Origin: a virus | Taxonomy: Duplodnaviria > Caudoviricetes | Direction: 5' to 3' (one strand) | Length of the DNA stretch: 44,940 bases | IMG/VR virus record: IMGVR_UViG_3300006867_000019 | Coordinates: 1-44,940 of that record | Part shown: in pieces, positions 18,153 to 27,158 of the stretch | Layout: the number at the start of each line of letters is the position of its first letter | How positions within the stretch are numbered: position 1 is the first letter of the stretch | Translations under genes and position numbers: made by a program | Notes under the pieces: generated by a model | What the model was told of the DNA's origin: nothing | Databases searched by the model: none | Seen by the model: the letters and a program-made list of their open reading frames with translations, nothing else

Positions 18153-19121
18153 TCATGCCGCAAGAGCATATTCCACAGCTTTTTCAGCCGCTTTCACTTT
18201 ACGCAACTGATTGGAGCCAAACCACTGATTAAACAGACGAGAGTCAGCGGACCGACCCTGCACGTGATCCGTCATATATGTGACAGAGTTAAATGCCTGC
18301 CACCAGGATCCTTCACCGTATTCTGCACCAGGCTGTGTTTCCAGAACATCGTATGCCTGCTTGGCTGGCCGAGAAAGATTTTCTGCCGTAACAACTTCCT
18401 GTTTCTCACCAGTAGACAGTGGGAATACATCGTTGTAGTAGTTCAACAATGACTCAACAGTGAAACGCTTGGAACCAAGAAACTCTGCCATTTCCTTGTA
18501 CTTGCTAAACTTTTCGTGGGCAAGACCAAGTGTTTCTTTCACAGAGTCTGGGTTAAATTCAGTCCGGTGACCAACTTTGACTGCACGCTGAGCCTCACGG
18601 TCAATCGCAAAGGTAAGAGTATTGTTACAAACAACGCGGATAGGAGTGAACCGAACATCGATAGCCTTTCCATACTGATGCGGGTTCGAGAACAGCATGT
18701 AAGAGTCTACACGATCCTCACCAAAGATGTCAAAGGACTCTTTGATTTTTGCAAGAGCCCAAACATACGTGCCACCTTTCAGTGAACCAGCTGTATGCAT
18801 CTCCATATCACCAGCAAGAACAAACTCATTGAAAAACTCAAAAGCGGTCTCATTTTGGCAAGGATGCCAACCTTTACCTACGTTGGTAAGAATTTTACCG
18901 TCAGTAGAACGGACAAGAGATTTTTGACCAGTAGGAATTTTCTCACCATCGTAATCAATGTAAGATTCAACCTCTTCAACGGACCAATCAACTCCGGCTT
19001 TTTCCATCATCTGTTGTGGAGTAAGATCGTTGGATACCTTTGTACCCAGACCGTGCCAAGGAAGGTCGCCGGCATATGCCATCTGGGCTTCGCCGTTCAC
19101 AATTTCAAGTTCGTGTGCCAT
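18153..19121 (-). CDS. DUF932 family phage/plasmid protein
   Basis: MAHE...PWHGLG, QNxxAFxFF, TAGSLxGG, TPIRVVCNNTL, WxAFNxVTxxxDH motifs. Confidence 0.85.
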   Translation of the reverse strand: MAHELEIVNGEAQMAYAGDLPWHGLGTKVSNDLTPQQMMEKAGVDWSVEEVESYIDYDGEKIPTGQKSLVRSTDGKILTNVGKGWHPCQNETAFEFFNEFVLAGDMEMHTAGSLKGGTYVWALAKIKESFDIFGEDRVDSYMLFSNPHQYGKAIDVRFTPIRVVCNNTLTFAIDREAQRAVKVGHRTEFNPDSVKETLGLAHEKFSKYKEMAEFLGSKRFTVESLLNYYNDVFPLSTGEKQEVVTAENLSRPAKQAYDVLETQPGAEYGEGSWWQAFNSVTYMTDHVQGRSADSRLFNQWFGSNQLRKVKAAEKAVEYALAA

Positions 19122-19154
19122 GTTATATTTCCTCTTTTCTGTTCTGATGTGTTA

Positions 19155-19186
19155 ATTATAACACATTTTAAAAGTCCTGTAAACAC
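19155..19186 (-). promoter_or_regulatory. T4-like early promoter
   Basis: GTGTTTACA-17 nt-TATAAT with upstream AAAAAGTTTTAAAA tract. Confidence 0.8.
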
Positions 19187-19200
19187 CTAAAGTGCAATTT

Positions 19201-19404
19201 TTAAAACTTTTTCCAGTTACGGATGCGTTCGTTTGCTTTCTCCTGTTCCCATTCAGCAACCTTATCCCAAGAGCGAACCATTGCCCACTCGCCAGAATTT
19301 GCCATAGAGTTATGCATCTTTTTGGACTCGGCTTCAGTAAGACCAGAAACATAAAAGTAATCAGGATGATCACCAAAGTTTTTTGCTTCAATTGCCCACA
19401 TCAT
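19201..19404 (-). CDS. small early hypothetical protein
   Basis: 67 aa, AAGGAG RBS. Confidence 0.65.
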   Translation of the reverse strand: MMWAIEAKNFGDHPDYFYVSGLTEAESKKMHNSMANSGEWAMVRSWDKVAEWEQEKANERIRNWKKF

Positions 19405-19580
19405 GCATACTCCTTAGCGGTAATAGTCATGAACCCATTACGAGACATATCAGGCTCTTGATTAATTGTCAGACCAAGTTCTACACATTCTTGAGTCCAT
19501 TCAACCATAGACTTTGCGAACAGATCAGGATTGTTCTTACACCAGCCCAGGCTAAATTCAAGTTGTTTGCACGTAATCAT
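19401..19580 (-). CDS. small early hypothetical protein (59 aa, not in ORF track)
   Basis: MITCKQLEFSLGWCKNNPDLF...AKEYA*; fills the gap exactly with an ATGA overlap. Confidence 0.6.
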   Translation of the reverse strand: MITCKQLEFSLGWCKNNPDLFAKSMVEWTQECVELGLTINQEPDMSRNGFMTITAKEYA

Positions 19581-19582
19581 AT

Positions 19583-19987
19583 TTATTCATACTCCTTCAA
19601 GGTTATGATTGATTTGAGTTCCTTGACCAGGTCCCGACCATAGTCGGTGAACAGAATGTCGTGGTTCCACACCCAATGTTCAATACACTGGTCATTGTAG
19701 AACTCTTCGTCGGAAGTCATCCACCGCAGGGCAGTCTCACGATCCCCGGCGCCAAGAGCAATATGCTGATTTACGTCGGCCTCAAAGTCCTTGACGGCTT
19801 CCTCTTCCCACCGGCGCACCCGCTCCAGGTCTTCTTCGAGCTCAACGATCAGAGAATCCCATGTGGTTTGCTTTTCTTCGTCGGTGGAAGCATTCCACTG
19901 GTTCCACCAGTATTCTCCCGGACGGAAACCACGAGCATCTTTGTGAAGGTCGGAAATGGTGTTCTCATCGAAAGTGTAAACAGTCAT
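19583..19987 (-). CDS. early hypothetical protein (GC-rich)
   Basis: 134 aa, SDLHKDARGFRP motif, AAGGAG RBS directly under an early promoter. Confidence 0.75.
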   Translation of the reverse strand: MTVYTFDENTISDLHKDARGFRPGEYWWNQWNASTDEEKQTTWDSLIVELEEDLERVRRWEEEAVKDFEADVNQHIALGAGDRETALRWMTSDEEFYNDQCIEHWVWNHDILFTDYGRDLVKELKSIITLKEYE

Positions 19988-20010
19988 ATTTTTCTCCTTT
20001 TGACTCTGTT

Positions 20011-20042
20011 ACTATACCACATGTAGGTATAGATGTAAACAC
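20011..20042 (-). promoter_or_regulatory. T4-like early promoter
   Basis: GTGTTTACA-17 nt-TATAGT with TG extension. Confidence 0.75.
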
Positions 20043-20073
20043 CTTTTAAAACTTTTTTTGAAAAAAGGTGTTT

Positions 20074-20093
20074 GTGTATCATTTATGTAACAG
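20074..20093. promoter_or_regulatory. palindromic operator-like site (copy 1 of 4)
   Basis: GTGTATCATTTATGTAACAG between divergent promoters. Confidence 0.6.
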
Positions 20094-20094
20094 G

Positions 20095-20123
20095 TTTACA
20101 CCTAACAAAATATGTGATATAAT
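20095..20123 (+). promoter_or_regulatory. divergent early-type promoter
   Basis: (G)TTTACA-17 nt-TATAAT with TG extension. Confidence 0.7.
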
Positions 20124-20151
20124 ATATAACTACACTATGGAAAGAGAAGAT

Positions 20152-20268
20152 ATGCCTATTGGCTTTGGTTATGATCCGTGCGACGATGTTGTGCACTGGT
20201 TGGACTGGATACGAGAAGATTTAAAAAACAGAAACGCACCCAACAATATGTATGCGTTGACTGTTTGA
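20152..20268 (+). CDS. small hypothetical peptide
   Basis: MPIGFGYDPCDDVVHWLDWIRE...; lies downstream of the plus-strand promoter; start may be 20137. Confidence 0.4.
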   Translation: MPIGFGYDPCDDVVHWLDWIREDLKNRNAPNNMYALTV

Positions 20269-20715
20269 AGCATTCATGGCTGAGTGATATTTTGTAGTAT
20301 CTGCTATATAGACCTTACCTCTTTTCATATGCATTTCCTCACCATCTATAACCATTCTACAACCAATATCTGTTTGGATTGGAATATGTATTCTTGGTTG
20401 CCTATCTCTATGCCAACTCAGGCAGGTTCTAGGATTACTTACCATAATCCTAGTCCTGTACATATTGTATTTTTTAATGTAATGATTCAGAATAGGTGTA
20501 TCAAAAACAGTATGTATAAAATCTGTTTCTGTCATTAAATCTGCTCTACCGATAGATGCTTTCCAGTTTTGATCCGGTTTATCAGATTGTAGACCTATTT
20601 GTATAGATAAAGCAGATGTATCAAGTGAAGTGTTTGTGATACTGAATATGTATTCAACTTCTTTTAAAAGTTGTTCTATATTTACAATATGACGTAAAAT
20701 TTTAAAATTTTGCAT
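20221..20715 (-). CDS. Asp/Asn beta-hydroxylase-like 2OG-Fe(II) oxygenase
   Basis: WHRD, RIHIPI, HSAMN, RIHIV motifs. Confidence 0.75.
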   Translation of the reverse strand: MQNFKILRHIVNIEQLLKEVEYIFSITNTSLDTSALSIQIGLQSDKPDQNWKASIGRADLMTETDFIHTVFDTPILNHYIKKYNMYRTRIMVSNPRTCLSWHRDRQPRIHIPIQTDIGCRMVIDGEEMHMKRGKVYIADTTKYHSAMNASNSQRIHIVGCVSVF

Positions 20716-21355
20716 AATTTTTCACCCAAAAACCTAATCTAGGATTTTCTAAATATTCTTTTGCATCATCAAACATCTCTATAAAATCATAGCCAGATGG
20801 TTTTCTTGATTGGTCAGTATCTGCCCAAACTGGTATTAATATATCATAATCTGGGTCAGGCGATTCTCTTAAATGAACTTCTATTGCCTTATTATCAATA
20901 AACTCTACATTTATTTTTGGCAAGCCAGACAGATCATTTAATATTCTAGGAACAGTAGGAGTGTCCTCTAAATGCACCCATCTATTCCACCTAGTAAATT
21001 TTAAACCTTGTTTTTCTGCTCTATATGCACTCAGTGCTTCCCACCAAGGGTTCAAGGCTAACCTAAATTTATATGTAACCGACCAGTGATGACCTTCAAA
21101 CCACTCACACCAGAAATGACCAGGTGGCCCATTTTTACAATTACCTTTTTCGATCCATTTCTTTTCTGCAAGAGCACTCATTCCGTACAAGTTGTAAATT
21201 GGTCGTACTATATACCAACCTGAGACTTCAGGTGCTAATCCACACGGACCGCAATTATATCCGAGAGATTCTGCTAGGTATAATTTATTGAACCATTTAT
21301 GATGCTTTTGATATTTTTTATAAGCGTCATCATCATCCATTTTCAATATCCTCAT
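20702..21355 (-). CDS. conserved hypothetical protein (ATP-grasp-like)
   Basis: YIVRPIYNLxGM, FWCEWFEG, INVEF...IEVHLR. Confidence 0.55.
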   Translation of the reverse strand: MRILKMDDDDAYKKYQKHHKWFNKLYLAESLGYNCGPCGLAPEVSGWYIVRPIYNLYGMSALAEKKWIEKGNCKNGPPGHFWCEWFEGHHWSVTYKFRLALNPWWEALSAYRAEKQGLKFTRWNRWVHLEDTPTVPRILNDLSGLPKINVEFIDNKAIEVHLRESPDPDYDILIPVWADTDQSRKPSGYDFIEMFDDAKEYLENPRLGFWVKNYAKF

Positions 21356-21370
21356 ACCTAGCAGATTTAT

Positions 21371-22330
21371 TTATACTAATACATAGTGAATAAAGAGAAC
21401 CAGAGCGACAGAAGCTCCAAGTCCAACCATCATCTTACCAAAGTCTTTTGCAACCAATGGAAACACTGACTTTGTTTTCTTCTTACCAAAGTAAGTAGCC
21501 ATTGCAAGTTCACGACCAGCAAGTAAACCAACAAAGACCCAAGTAGTAGACATAGGAATGTCATTGAGTTCTTTAAAGAAGTACAAGCACAACCAATAGA
21601 ATAGATCAATCAGTGTTGCTGATCGAACATACCTTGTGTTGTGTTTCTCAAGTACAATCTGTTGGATCTTACCACCACGTTCTCGGAACATGAAAAACAG
21701 ACCACCAACAAACACTACGCTGATCATTAACATTAGATCAACTGGAATGACCCTTGGTAAGAACACTGCAATGTTAGCCATATCGTGAGACAACCAAGTC
21801 CACCACAGACCACCTGTTGCAACCCACTGAGCAATACGCCATGCTCTTTTGTTGCTTTCGGTTACTGGTTTTGTTTCATCAAACCATTGTCCAGCATATT
21901 TGTGAATAGCAAACCAGATAACATATGCAAATGCAGCGGCAACACCATATCCCATAATAGATTTCATAAGCATTTTCTCTAACACAAACGTAGAAGCAAA
22001 TACAGATAAGATTAGGAATGAAGTTGATACTGGTACACCAAGTCGAGTCAGTGCAACCAAAATAGCAGGTGCAGCAGCTTGGTACCACTGTACCTCTTGC
22101 CATGGGATTTTATTCAAACGACCGTATGAAATATCCCCACCATTTACACTCCAACCATACCAGAGTGTTGCTAATAGAACAGCGGATGCCGCTGCCCATA
22201 ATGTTGTATATTTAAATCGCTCATTGTTTGATGCCATCCAAGTACCGAGCGTTTGTACTGAATCGTTTGCAATAACTGCATATGCAGCCAATAGGAAGCC
22301 GACTAGGCTCCACAGTGTGAGTGCGTCCAT
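21371..22330 (-). CDS. PiT/PHO4-like inorganic phosphate transporter
   Basis: Multi-TM protein with duplicated signatures: ANDSVQTLGT...PVSTSF and HDMAN...PMSTTW. Confidence 0.65.
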   Translation of the reverse strand: MDALTLWSLVGFLLAAYAVIANDSVQTLGTWMASNNERFKYTTLWAAASAVLLATLWYGWSVNGGDISYGRLNKIPWQEVQWYQAAAPAILVALTRLGVPVSTSFLILSVFASTFVLEKMLMKSIMGYGVAAAFAYVIWFAIHKYAGQWFDETKPVTESNKRAWRIAQWVATGGLWWTWLSHDMANIAVFLPRVIPVDLMLMISVVFVGGLFFMFRERGGKIQQIVLEKHNTRYVRSATLIDLFYWLCLYFFKELNDIPMSTTWVFVGLLAGRELAMATYFGKKKTKSVFPLVAKDFGKMMVGLGASVALVLFIHYVLV

Positions 22331-22417
22331 TTATTTCTCCTATGCTTGACGGTTTTACACCGTCGCTCACATTAAAATAGTTGATAAGCTTTACCCTTAT
22401 CAATACTATCTATAATA

Positions 22418-22972
22418 TCAGTCAGCTAAAGGATTGTCAAGTGCCTCTTGTAGTATCTCTTTTAAATCTCTTTCGAGCAATCTCATCTTTTTATCAATAC
22501 GAGTTTCAGTTGCTCTCATAGTATCACGAACATCTTTTTCATTTATTCTACTATTAGCTTCTACCTCACGAATGGATGCAGTCACATCTTTCTGCAAGGA
22601 GTTCATCTCATTACGCACACCTTCAAGAGTTGTTTCGATGCCATTCTGAGATTCCTTAATACGGTTTTCTGCGGTATCAACTTTACTCTCGATTCTATCC
22701 ACTAGATCTTCCATTGCCATCACGTCAGATCTTAAATCATTCTTGATATCTCTTGTGTAGTCGATTGCCTCGCCAAGTTTTGTTTCAATTACGTCATTGC
22801 GGGCAGAGATTGCATCGGTGTCTATATTCGCTATGATTTCTTTCATATCCATATAATCTTTGTAAAACTCGAAACCACCCCAAAGACCACCGGCAAGGGT
22901 ACCAAGTAAAGGAATCAGAAGCAGTAGCTTTGATCCTCCTATCTTGATTCCTTCATATTCAATCTCTGCCAT
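22418..22972 (-). CDS. membrane-anchored coiled-coil protein
   Basis: N-terminal TM segment then a long heptad region ending DNPL. Confidence 0.65.
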   Translation of the reverse strand: MAEIEYEGIKIGGSKLLLLIPLLGTLAGGLWGGFEFYKDYMDMKEIIANIDTDAISARNDVIETKLGEAIDYTRDIKNDLRSDVMAMEDLVDRIESKVDTAENRIKESQNGIETTLEGVRNEMNSLQKDVTASIREVEANSRINEKDVRDTMRATETRIDKKMRLLERDLKEILQEALDNPLAD

Positions 22973-22983
22973 CTACAATTCCT

Positions 22984-23307
22984 TTACTTTTTCTTTGCGT
23001 ATGCTTGTCCACCAAAGAATGCCGCAACAATAGCAGCTACCGACACAAAATATGTTGCTGCCATATCTCCTAAGATCTTTGCTGCTTGATCCAGACTGAT
23101 TAGGTTAGCAAGAACAACTGCAAACGGATAAAGCAATAAACCAGCCAAAGCAAACCAGGTCATATTACGCTGTGCATCTCTCATTGCATCTGCATCTTCG
23201 AGTTCTTTGCGCTTAAACTCTAGGTACATTGCCTCTTCTTCGGCACTTACTTTTCCGTCACCGTTGCTGTCGGCTGGATGATAGTTTTTTACTTCTTCCT
23301 CAGACAT
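22984..23307 (-). CDS. EF-hand-motif membrane protein (holin-like topology)
   Basis: DSNGDGKVSAEE loop plus two TM helices and a basic C-terminus. Confidence 0.65.
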   Translation of the reverse strand: MSEEEVKNYHPADSNGDGKVSAEEEAMYLEFKRKELEDADAMRDAQRNMTWFALAGLLLYPFAVVLANLISLDQAAKILGDMAATYFVSVAAIVAAFFGGQAYAKKK

Positions 23308-23460
23308 TTACCCTTTTCTCCAAATTGTAAATGCGCCCCAAGCAATCATGCCATAGGCTACAAGAGAGATTGGCATGAGTATCATTGCCACTCCACCACC
23401 AATAAGAACCATACCGTCCCAAGACGTTCGTTCTTTCAGTCTACTTTTTATCCAGTTCAT
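23308..23460 (-). CDS. small membrane protein, holin-like (50 aa, not in ORF track)
   Basis: MNWIKSRLKERTSWDGMVLIGGGVAMILMPISLVAYGMIAWGAFTIWRKG*; GGAGG RBS. Confidence 0.65.
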   Translation of the reverse strand: MNWIKSRLKERTSWDGMVLIGGGVAMILMPISLVAYGMIAWGAFTIWRKG

Positions 23461-23719
23461 TGATTCTGTCCTCCAGTTCATCTATTTTTCTGGTTATTTT
23501 TGGATATTTTTTCCGCCAAGCATCAGGTGGTTCTTGTAACCAAGTCCACCCCCAGCTGTTAACAAGATGATCTAGTAACTGGTCAAACTTAGAGTAGCCC
23601 CAAATACCAGCCCGTGTTTCTTTAAACCATGCAAGAAATGCCGCACCGAGTAAAGCACCAGCAATAGCCGTCCAAATCCACAGCGTATCGCCAAACATTC
23701 TTTCTATCATTTCTATCAT
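23441..23719 (-). CDS. small membrane protein
   Basis: One TM helix, Trp-rich, C-terminal coiled coil. Confidence 0.6.
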   Translation of the reverse strand: MIEMIERMFGDTLWIWTAIAGALLGAAFLAWFKETRAGIWGYSKFDQLLDHLVNSWGWTWLQEPPDAWRKKYPKITRKIDELEDRINELDKK

Positions 23720-24183
23720 TTCATTAGTTTCTCTGCAGCATCAACATCTGCTTGAGATACAACACCTTCTGCTAATAGTTTTGCTCTATTATTCAAATGC
23801 TGTTGTTCTAGCTCTTCTTTGGACCCACCCCAGTATCCAACAGCGTGACCTTCTTCAATCATTATCTGTGTTACTGTCTTATCTCCTACTTGAAAATCAC
23901 CTAATATTCTGCCAAACTTGCCTTTCATATCCTCACCTTTTTTATCCTCGTGAGTGATAAGAACACATTCACCTTCCAAAATTTCTTTCAGTCGGTTTTT
24001 GGCAGCAGTGCCAAAAATCTTTTCTACTTTATCAGATGTACGTGATTCGGGTGTATCAATGCCCATAATCCGCACACGCTCGTTTTGAAGTGTGATACCA
24101 AATCCGAGATTGATATCCACATCGCATGTATCTCCATCAACTACTTTTAAAAGTTTTGCGTCGTAAAGGTTAGTGTCGCCCAT
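23716..24183 (-). CDS. thermonuclease (SNase-like)
   Basis: VVDGDT, VRIMGIDTPE, GKFGRILG, EEGHA motifs. Confidence 0.85.
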   Translation of the reverse strand: MGDTNLYDAKLLKVVDGDTCDVDINLGFGITLQNERVRIMGIDTPESRTSDKVEKIFGTAAKNRLKEILEGECVLITHEDKKGEDMKGKFGRILGDFQVGDKTVTQIMIEEGHAVGYWGGSKEELEQQHLNNRAKLLAEGVVSQADVDAAEKLMK

Positions 24184-24900
24184 TTATTTTTTCTCCAGAT
24201 ATTTGATGTAATTTTGCATGCTGTGATCTCTAAAAGAGTCAAATAGTTGTTTCCTTTTCCATGCTGCGAAACGACCTCTCCAGCCATCTTTGATTCTCTG
24301 CCATGGAGTCATCTTACGGATATTACCGTAGAAGTTAATGTAACATAGTGAACCATGATGTCTGTAACCCATAATGGCAAATGGGACTTTCGTGACAATA
24401 TCGTTGTTATTAACATGCCTGTGATGTTCACAAGTAATATTGCGCACGAACTTACGTGTACCAACTCTTGGGGATCCATATGTAAAGAGAGCAGTAGGTT
24501 TTAATCTACTTGCACACACCGTAGCCATAGCACCACCAAGGGAATGGCCGCATATGAATAGCTTCTTTTTCTTACCTCTATCAGATACGGTTTTTGCAAC
24601 TTTATCCCATACTTTTTCAAGTTCGTTCTGGAATCCATTATGAACCCAGCCACCAACCTGCGCTTTATCTGGAAACGCATTTAAATCTGCTTTAATATCG
24701 GAAAATTGTGACGGTTCAGTACCTCGGAAACAAATACACATCTCTCCACTGTTCCAAACAACGTGTACTTGAGCACCATCAATATTAAAAAATCTATGGT
24801 ATGGATATCCAAGTTCTTTGAATTCCATCCAAGCTTCTTTGTCTTTATAGGCAAGTTGTGCCATAATAGCCATCTTGTGGCTTCTGTCTACATAAGACAT
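24184..24900 (-). CDS. class 3 lipase
   Basis: FRGTE, VHNGF, GHSLGG nucleophile elbow, YGSPRVG, DIV, DH. Confidence 0.88.
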   Translation of the reverse strand: MSYVDRSHKMAIMAQLAYKDKEAWMEFKELGYPYHRFFNIDGAQVHVVWNSGEMCICFRGTEPSQFSDIKADLNAFPDKAQVGGWVHNGFQNELEKVWDKVAKTVSDRGKKKKLFICGHSLGGAMATVCASRLKPTALFTYGSPRVGTRKFVRNITCEHHRHVNNNDIVTKVPFAIMGYRHHGSLCYINFYGNIRKMTPWQRIKDGWRGRFAAWKRKQLFDSFRDHSMQNYIKYLEKK

Positions 24901-24963
24901 AATAATCCCCTTGTAATGTGTTAAACATAATGTAAATCACACCCAAGGGGTAGTAGTAATAAA

Positions 24964-25368
24964 TCAGTTCTCGAACGTAAGTTCTTGTAATTTTCTTAAT
25001 TCAGCTTCTAGTCTCATAACTTCTAGCTGCTTTTGTCTTATCGCCAACTCGAATAATCTATTACAGTCGATCCTTTGTTTAACCCTTCGACCTAGGGGTA
25101 TCGTAATTTTAGCAAATACACCAATATCAGTACTCTGATCCATATCAAATGTGCTTGTAGACGAATTACCATCAATAATTCCTGTAACTCCAAACTCTAG
25201 GTTTGTTGCCGACCCGATAGCATTAGAACAATCTAAATCACCATCTCTAAACTTATCTGATTGGTAATTGCTAACACTATTTGGCAATTGTAAGTTTAAA
25301 GAACTACTACTATCAGCAAATACTTTATTAGCAATCATAATCAGAAAGAATACATAAAGTATTCTCAT
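24964..25368 (-). CDS. secreted hypothetical protein
   Basis: Signal peptide (VFA-D), two Cys, beta strands then a C-terminal helix. Confidence 0.65.
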   Translation of the reverse strand: MRILYVFFLIMIANKVFADSSSSLNLQLPNSVSNYQSDKFRDGDLDCSNAIGSATNLEFGVTGIIDGNSSTSTFDMDQSTDIGVFAKITIPLGRRVKQRIDCNRLFELAIRQKQLEVMRLEAELRKLQELTFEN

Positions 25369-25376
25369 AATTCACC

Positions 25377-25766
25377 TCACTTAATCTTCGAGCAAACCCT
25401 CGAAGCTACGACTGAAATTGCAGAATCATCTGCAATCCTATTTAATTTTGAGACAGTGCAAACATACACTACCGATTTCACGTCTTTTTTCCGTACGTAC
25501 ACAGAAAAGTTTTTTCTTGATAAATGTGGTAAACTAATAATTCTATCTGTAGTCGCAAATACTATAGGTTTCATATCTTTGTCTAGTACTTGGATTTCAT
25601 AATATTTTACATCTTCTCTCCGATTTATTGTTTGTAAGTCCACCACATATACATTATCTACATGGGATTCTTTTATTTCTGGGTACGTAGGCGTCAGTTC
25701 ATGTGCTACACTATAGTTCACAAAAACAAACGTCAATAAGATACATAATAATAATAGTTGTTTCAT
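25377..25766 (-). CDS. secreted Ig-fold/fimbrial chaperone-like protein
   Basis: Start MKQLL (TAATG overlap), signal peptide, HELTPTYP, alternating beta pattern, C-terminal Cys pair. Confidence 0.5.
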   Translation of the reverse strand: MKQLLLLCILLTFVFVNYSVAHELTPTYPEIKESHVDNVYVVDLQTINRREDVKYYEIQVLDKDMKPIVFATTDRIISLPHLSRKNFSVYVRKKDVKSVVYVCTVSKLNRIADDSAISVVASRVCSKIK

Positions 25767-26266
25767 TATTTCGGAATACATTCACTTGTTACAATAGCTG
25801 TATATAAACCACCTGGAAATGATTTATCGGCTCCATATTCTGCAGTAGATGTTACTTTAAACCAAGTACTTCCAGAAAGGGTTAAATCATATTCAGTATG
25901 ATTTTCATATTCAACTTTATCAATTTCATATGATGACATATTTGCGTCTGATACAGCACTTACTTCTACTTCACCATCCCATACAACACTATCGCTAAGT
26001 GGCGGGCTTGATGAGAATGAATTAGGCCAAGAGATTTTAACTTTATATGAATCTGCTTGGATAACATCTACACGAATAATTGGTAGAACACCAGCATCAG
26101 AAGGTGCTGTTGATAGTTTATCTGCTGTAGGGTTACCATATACACCAGATGTTTCTGTGATAATTGAACAGCGTGATTGAACATTACCTTGAATGTTAGT
26201 GATATTTGCATATGCTGCACTTGTGCCCATAATAACCAAAGCAGTAGCTGCTAAGAATTTTTTCAT
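25766..26266 (-). CDS. secreted pilin/fimbrial subunit-like protein
   Basis: Signal peptide AYA-N, IQGNVQSRC N-terminal extension, GxYTAxVTxxC C-terminal strand. Confidence 0.5.
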   Translation of the reverse strand: MKKFLAATALVIMGTSAAYANITNIQGNVQSRCSIITETSGVYGNPTADKLSTAPSDAGVLPIIRVDVIQADSYKVKISWPNSFSSSPPLSDSVVWDGEVEVSAVSDANMSSYEIDKVEYENHTEYDLTLSGSTWFKVTSTAEYGADKSFPGGLYTAIVTSECIPK

Positions 26267-26288
26267 GGTGTTTCCTTTTAATTTTAGT

Positions 26289-27158
26289 TTATTTATATTG
26301 AGAGCGTACTATTTCTCTATGTCTTGTATCACTAGATAAGCTTCTCAATGCTCTTTTATTGTCAACTATTTCATTATCCTTTAACGTGATGGTATCCTTA
26401 TATTCGCCACCTTTTATATCTTGTGAATAATAAGAATTAAGTTTTGGTGCTTGACTTAAAGCTACCATCATCTCATTTTGTTCTGCTATATTTGCAATCT
26501 TTTCTGTTGCACCACCAACTGCAAGTTGTTCTTGTAAAGTCTCTTTTTCTTCTTCTTTTTCCTCTACAATTTCCTCTTTATTACCATCTTCCTCTTCTTG
26601 TTCTGCCTTTTTGTTTAACTGCAATTGAACGTATTCATCTAAATATGGATTCTCTACATCAGGGTCATTAAGTAAACCATTATCTAATAAAAAAGCTAAA
26701 AGAGCCGATTCATAACCTGGACATCTTGGATCATTTATTGGTTCGTCACATGTATCATATACGTAATCATAATGGATTATAGAGTCTGTTATTGTGCCAT
26801 CACCTTCAACAGTAATAGATCCTTTTCCTAATGTTTCTCCCAGTATGCTTACTGGATCATATTGAATTTTTGTACTCCCTGGTTGTTGACTCCAATCATC
26901 AACATGTAAATATTTGCATCCATTTCCATTCGGATTCTCATTGCAAATTTTAACTAAAGAGTCAGTCGTAGGATCTTTCTCAATAGTATAACGATGGTAA
27001 ATACCATTCACTTTTAGTCCCAAAGCTTGAGGCAAAATATTTGTCATAACCCATTCTTGCTCTGTTGTTGTGCCTCTTCCGAATATTATTTCAGAGTGCG
27101 AGTAAGATGGCAAACAAAGCAGCAATACCAAGGCTAGCCTTTGCAGTATCTGCGTCAT
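26289..27158 (-). CDS. secreted hypothetical protein
   Basis: Start MTQILQR (27158), signal peptide, CxxPxxDPRCPGY motif, acidic linker. Confidence 0.65.
   Translation of the reverse strand: MTQILQRLALVLLLCLPSYSHSEIIFGRGTTTEQEWVMTNILPQALGLKVNGIYHRYTIEKDPTTDSLVKICNENPNGNGCKYLHVDDWSQQPGSTKIQYDPVSILGETLGKGSITVEGDGTITDSIIHYDYVYDTCDEPINDPRCPGYESALLAFLLDNGLLNDPDVENPYLDEYVQLQLNKKAEQEEEDGNKEEIVEEKEEEKETLQEQLAVGGATEKIANIAEQNEMMVALSQAPKLNSYYSQDIKGGEYKDTITLKDNEIVDNKRALRSLSSDTRHREIVRSQYK

Noticed and set aside
22381-22403. FNR site (TTGAT...ATCAA) upstream of the transporter
   Set aside because: Half-site spacing is 13 nt rather than the 4 nt FNR requires.
1292-26297. Additional TATAAATA matches inside genes (1292, 8165, 26290)
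   Set aside because: They are plausibly placed upstream of starts but also expected by chance in AT-rich coding DNA; not listed as features without transcript data.
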